From the human T2T-CHM13v2.0 reference genome, Homo sapiens: a stretch of 64,000 nt of DNA. Of this stretch, positions 58,073 to 64,000 are shown one piece after another. The translations under genes and the position numbers were made by a program. The notes beneath the pieces were generated by a model that was not told the DNA's origin, did not search any database, and saw only the letters and a program-made list of their open reading frames with translations. The stretch is from the NCBI RefSeq assembly GCF_009914755.1, contig NC_060926.1. The stretch is one strand, 5' to 3'. The first letter of the stretch is position 1; each line of letters opens with the position of its first letter.

Positions 58073-59303
58073 TCCAGTTGACTTTTATGCAGAAACAGAG
58101 TTGATCCTAAAATGAATAGGGAAACGTATATGACCTAGAATAACCAAAATAATTCTGAAAAGAACAAAATAAGAAGACTAAAAATTCTCAATTTTAAAAC
58201 TCAATACAAAGCTGCAAGAATCAAAACAGAGTTGTACTAGCATAAGAATCAACATACAGAACAAAGGAACTGAATTTGAGTCTAGATTGAAACCCATTAT
58301 TTTGATGAATTTATTTTCAACAAAAATGACAAGACAATCTAATGGATAAAAAATAATCTTTTTCCACAATGATGCTGAGTCAACTTGATACCCACATAAG
58401 AATGAATGAAGTTAGAAAAATATCTCACATCATATACATAAATTAACTCAAAATTTATCAAAGACCTAATGTAAAAGCTATAAAGTTCTTAGAAGAAAAA
58501 TTAAGCATAAATCTTAGTGACTTTGAATTAGGCTCTGGTTTCTTAGGTATGACTCTAAAAACACAACAACAAAAATAGACAAATTGGAGCTTATCAAATT
58601 TAAAATTTTGCTGAATTAAAAGATACCATCAGGAATATGAAAATGTAGCCCACAGAATAGGAAAAAATATTTACAAATTATATATTCAGGATTTGTCTTC
58701 AAAATATATAAAGAATTCTGATGACTCAATGGTAAAAGGACAAATAACCCAAATAAAAAATGGGCAAATGGTATGAATAGACATTTCTCTAAGGAAGATA
58801 TTCATATGAACAATAGCACATGAAAAGATGCTCAGCATTACTAGTTATTGTGGAGATTAAATTTAAAACCACAGTGAAATTTTACTTCACACTCACCATG
58901 CTAGCTTAAATTTAAAAATGTGGACAATAATAAGTGTAGCCATGATGCAGAGGAATTGTACCCCTTATAAATTACTGTTAGGAATGGAAGATGGTGTAGC
59001 CACTTTAGAAAACATTTTGGCAGTTTCTTAAGAAATTAAGCAGAGTTACCATGTGACTCAGTAATTCAACTTCTAGGTGTATACCCAAGGGATTTAAAAA
59101 TATATATACACACAAATCCTTGTACATGAATGTTCAAAGCAGTGTGATTTATAATAGCTGAGAAGTACAAATATGCCAAATGTTCATCCATTAATTAATG
59201 AATAACAAAATATAGTCTATTAATACCACAGAATATTATGCAGGGTAAAAAGAATGACTGTAACATGCTACAACTTACATAAATCTTAAAACATGCAAAG
59301 TGA

Positions 59304-59624
<321 letters not shown>

Positions 59625-60525
59625 TTAAAGAATCCAGTCACAAAGGCCACATATAGTATGATTCCACTGCTCTAAAATGTCCAGAATAGACAAATCTATA
59701 GAGACAGAAAGTAGATTGGTAATTGACAAGGGATGCAGGCAGAAAGGATTTGGTCCTTCATGCTAATAGATATAAAGTTTATTTTGTGCTGATAGAAATG
59801 CTCTGGAATTAGTGCAATGGTTATACATTTGAGAATATATTGAAAGTCACTCAATTATATAATTTAAAAGGTGAATTTTGTGGTATGTACATTATACCTT
59901 AATTATAAGAAAAAAATAGTAGACCAGATAAATTAAATTCCACAGATGTTTACTTATCATTAATGTGAGTTAAAATTGTTGTCACTTTCCATATAATTCG
60001 GTATAAATTGTGTACTATTTATGATAATTGATAGAAAAAAATACATGTACTTTGATTTGGTTTTGGCCAGTTCTCTATTCTGTTTTATAGTTACCATGTA
60101 CGTGTATTCATTTTCTTTACCTTTGTGTATTAAAATACTGACTTTGAGCCACAGAGTGACACTTGGAATTTTAGAAAGTTTAAAATCAGATTATGGAAAA
60201 CCGTGATGCTGTGGATTGTTCAACCTCCCTGACAATAAATACTTTATAAAATGAGCACTTCTGAGTAACCGCTAGAATTTTAGGACTTACTTTTGGGAGT
60301 TTCCTATCTGTGGCTTCCTTCATATTAAATAATGAAAACTTATTTGATAACATTACACAGTTCAACTATATTGTTTTCTTCTTTCAGTGCCTAGTACAAA
60401 TTACCTCCACTTGGAATAAATCAATGCAAAATTTTAATGTTTAGTTTCTTTTCGTATTATTGGAGTCAACATACTACTTTTCTAATACATTCTTTATAAA
60501 CTCTAGGCAACAGCAAGGTCTAAAA

Positions 60526-62346
60526 TGTCACAGGATCCTTTGGGTGTCGCTTAACCAGCTGGAAACCTCTGTGGCCAGCGGGTCTCTGCTTGAGTTTTGC
60601 TCACACCCACTAGGCCCATTCCACTCATTTGGCCCAGTAGGCTGCTCTTGGCTTGAGCTACCAGCCTGGATCCCATGCCTGCCAAGGGCAAGCCAGGTGT
60701 TGAGTGGTGAGGGATGTGTAAACAAGCAAGTGTGGGGTCCGGCCACTGCGCATAGCCAGGCACACTGGCTGCTGTGGGGTGGGGCAGGCAACTCCAAGCA
60801 CCAGCATGGGCACTGGCCCCTTGTGAGGCTGAGGCTGGACCAGACATATGGAAAGTGGCTTCTGCTGTGTGCACCAGTGTCTGAATAAGGGAAAACGCAG
60901 TAGCGCCTGAAAACTCAGAGATGCCTGGAGCCACAGAGCCCCAAAGAGGGTGTTACAGCCTGTCGCAGTCCTGGCTCAAGGAGCCCCGAGGTCTATACAG
61001 CCAGAAGGGCTGCAGTTCTACTCTCCTCATTATTCACAGTGTGGTGAACAGGGAAGCACGTTTTAGTGGGATATGTTTCAGCACATTTGTGTTATAGCTG
61101 TTTCAGTCCCACCACTTTGCACTGGGCCCATGACTCCTGGGTCAGCCCGGTCCCACTGATGCTTCCCGTCACTGACGCTTCCCGTTGGATGGGGTGGCTG
61201 CCGGGCACCAGCAGAAGGCAGGAGGACTATAGTGTTACAGCCCCTTTAGCTCCTGCCCACAAGTCGGCGACGTGGTCAGGGAAATGTTACAGCTCCTTTT
61301 GCTCCTGCCATTTGGCAGGTCCTGAGTTCTTGTCCCCCATCCAAAAAGAATGAGGTTTTGCTGATAACTGGAGGGTGAGCAAGGTGGAGAGGAGCTTTAT
61401 TGAGAACTGGAGCAGCCCTCAGCAGAAGGGAGACCTAAAGTGGTTAGCTCCTTTCTGCAGGCAGGTCGTCCTTACCAGTGTCTGAGTCTGGCTGTCTGGT
61501 GCTTTTATAGGCTCATAATGGAGGAAGTACATGCTGATTGGTCCATGGACAGAAGGAAGTGATTGTTGATTGGTCCATGCGTGGGTCTGGAAAAAGCACC
61601 ACTTGGTTGGTTGAATGGCATCAAGGAATTTTCTCACTCAGGGTCATGGACTTCACCAGGAACTGGCAACCTGACCCTTAGACTTAAAGCCATGCCTGCC
61701 TTGAAGGTGGGTTTCCCCAGGGACCCAGTCCTTCCCAACCAGGAACCTGTCTGTCTCCCTCCTCCATTAACATGCCCTCCACAGAGCCCAGGCTATCAGT
61801 ACCAAGGGGCACCCGCAAGCCTACACCAAGCCACCATCAGCCCCAGGCCTCCCCTCCCCATGCTCATTAGTGCCCAAAGTTTCAGCCTCAGAAGCAGTTT
61901 CCAGATGGGCCTAAGGGAGGTAGTAGGGGGGCTGGGACGTCCCCCGAGTGCACACACTGAGCATACACGCCCCCAGTCAGGTCACAACAGTGCCTGGACT
62001 TGGCTATCAAGACATGTCCACATCTTTGTTCTGCACAAAGCTGGTACTGGGAACAGGAAGAGGCTAGGAAGTGGGAGCAGGCACTTCCAAGTCTGCGGGG
62101 ACATGAGGATTCCCGGGGCCCTGAGAGGACAGGGATGCCCAGGTCCGAAGCTGTGGCTGGGCAGCTGCAGCTGCACCTGGGAGGGCAGGGGTCCCACCCT
62201 GCCAATTCAATAGGGTGCAGGGTTCCCGCTGAGATCACCTGTTCCTGGCCCCTGCTGTTTCTGTGGAGGGCAGCCCCAGCGATGCCTTCCCCACTGTACC
62301 TGGCACCCTCACAGCAGCCACTCCAGATGGGCTGCTGACGCCATCA
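60526..62346 (-). mobile_element. MER52-type (ERV1) long solo LTR, ~1.8 kb
   Basis: TG...CA termini; tgtcacaggatcctttgggtgtcgctt..ccagctggaaacctctgtggcc start and ctgctgacgccatca end match the MER52 reverse complement; flanks aaaa/aaat resemble a 4-bp TSD. Confidence 0.85.
61396..61573 (-). promoter_or_regulatory. LTR core promoter: two CCAAT boxes, TATA box, downstream AATAAA
   Basis: Minus strand CCAAT at 61569-61573 and 61537-61541, TATAAAA at 61503-61509, AATAAA at 61396-61401, in canonical LTR order. Activity unknown. Confidence 0.65.
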
Positions 62347-62649
62347 AAATGAGAGTTTTGTTTTTCAGTGAAGTGTGCTCCTTTTTAAGATGTGTTAACA
62401 TATCTCACTTTTGGAACCAATATTTGAGAATAAAAATTCTCTACCAGATGACAATTTTACTTAAAAAGTGTTCAGATAATAGTCATGTTGATTTTTACGC
62501 TGCTTGCCCTCATCTCTATTAACATTTTCACACATACCAGAGGAAGCACAATGGAGTCAGTCGCACCTCAAATTTAAGATCTAGATACTTTGTTTCTTTT
62601 ATTGCGTCTATTCACCCCATTGGTGAGAAAAGGATTTCTACTTCAAGGT

Positions 62650-62767
62650 CATGATAGCTGAACATCTGACACCTGACATTGGACAGATAAGGACTACGAA
62701 ATCCCAGAAGTTTATTAGTCACATATAATTACAGAGTAGTCTGGGACCACACTTTGAAGATCACTAG
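62650..62767. mobile_element. MER5-like hAT DNA transposon remnant
   Basis: ctgggaccacactttgaagatcact matches the MER5 terminus. Confidence 0.5.
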
Positions 62768-63224
62768 AGAAATTATCTTTAAAATCTGGAATCAGGTTGA
62801 AATGATCACTGTATTAGCCAGTGTTGCTGTGGAAAAATCTTCCAAATGTCAATGTCTTTCAATCGCAATGTTATGTTTCTGGCTTATGTTTTATAAGAAT
62901 TGGTGGTTGGCTTGGGCATGCTCTTACTGCTTCTCTCATCTACCTGCCTTCTTTATTATGAGAGAAAAGCTCAATCTGGGACATATTATTCTCACAGAAG
63001 AAAAAAAAATGAGCACACGAACTATTAAAACTAAAAGAAGGTTCTTAAATAATGTACAATGAACTGGAATGCTGTGATTTTCACACCTCCTCTATCAGTA
63101 AAAGTGAGTCCCATGACCGAATCTGATGATAACAGAACCAGGAGGTGCACCCATCTCATACAAATAAGTCCGTATTATGAGGCAAGGGTCTATACTTTTC
63201 TTGTAAGGTTATAACTGGAGAAAC

Positions 63225-64000
<776 letters not shown>

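Noticed and set aside
61563-62338. Overlapping 112-216 aa ORFs
   Set aside because: GC-rich LTR sequence with few stop codons; no gag/pol/env similarity.

Overview
AT-rich primate (human/ape-like) genomic DNA, intergenic or deep intronic. By eye roughly three quarters is interspersed repeat. I recognise no cellular protein-coding exon, tRNA or CRISPR array. Every long ORF in the track is either a LINE-1 ORF1/ORF2 fragment or a spurious reading of Alu, LTR or low-complexity sequence. Main contents: several generations of LINE-1 (L1PB-like at 1-445; old L1M at 13.3-20.6 kb interrupted by an L1PA13-16-like copy; an L1PA4/5-like copy at 30.9-35.4 kb; L1MA and L1PB pieces at 39-48.7 kb; a near full-length L1MB-like copy at 52.9-59.9 kb), eleven Alu loci, a complete two-LTR THE1 element, MLT1 solo LTRs, a MER52-type solo LTR, an ERVL-type internal relic, L2/MIR remnants and a 39-nt tailless 5S rRNA retrocopy. 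I found no evidence for a new biological system. The best observations are mechanistic scars readable directly in the sequence: a two-template insertion (54440-54586), an out-of-order ORF2 segment (48487-48616), a stand-alone L1 endonuclease ORF restarted by a tandem duplication (34556-35323), twin-priming inversions, an Alu-in-Alu trimer and the 5S retrocopy. Subfamily names come from remembered consensus features and need Dfam/RepeatMasker confirmation. Boundaries of old elements are approximate.
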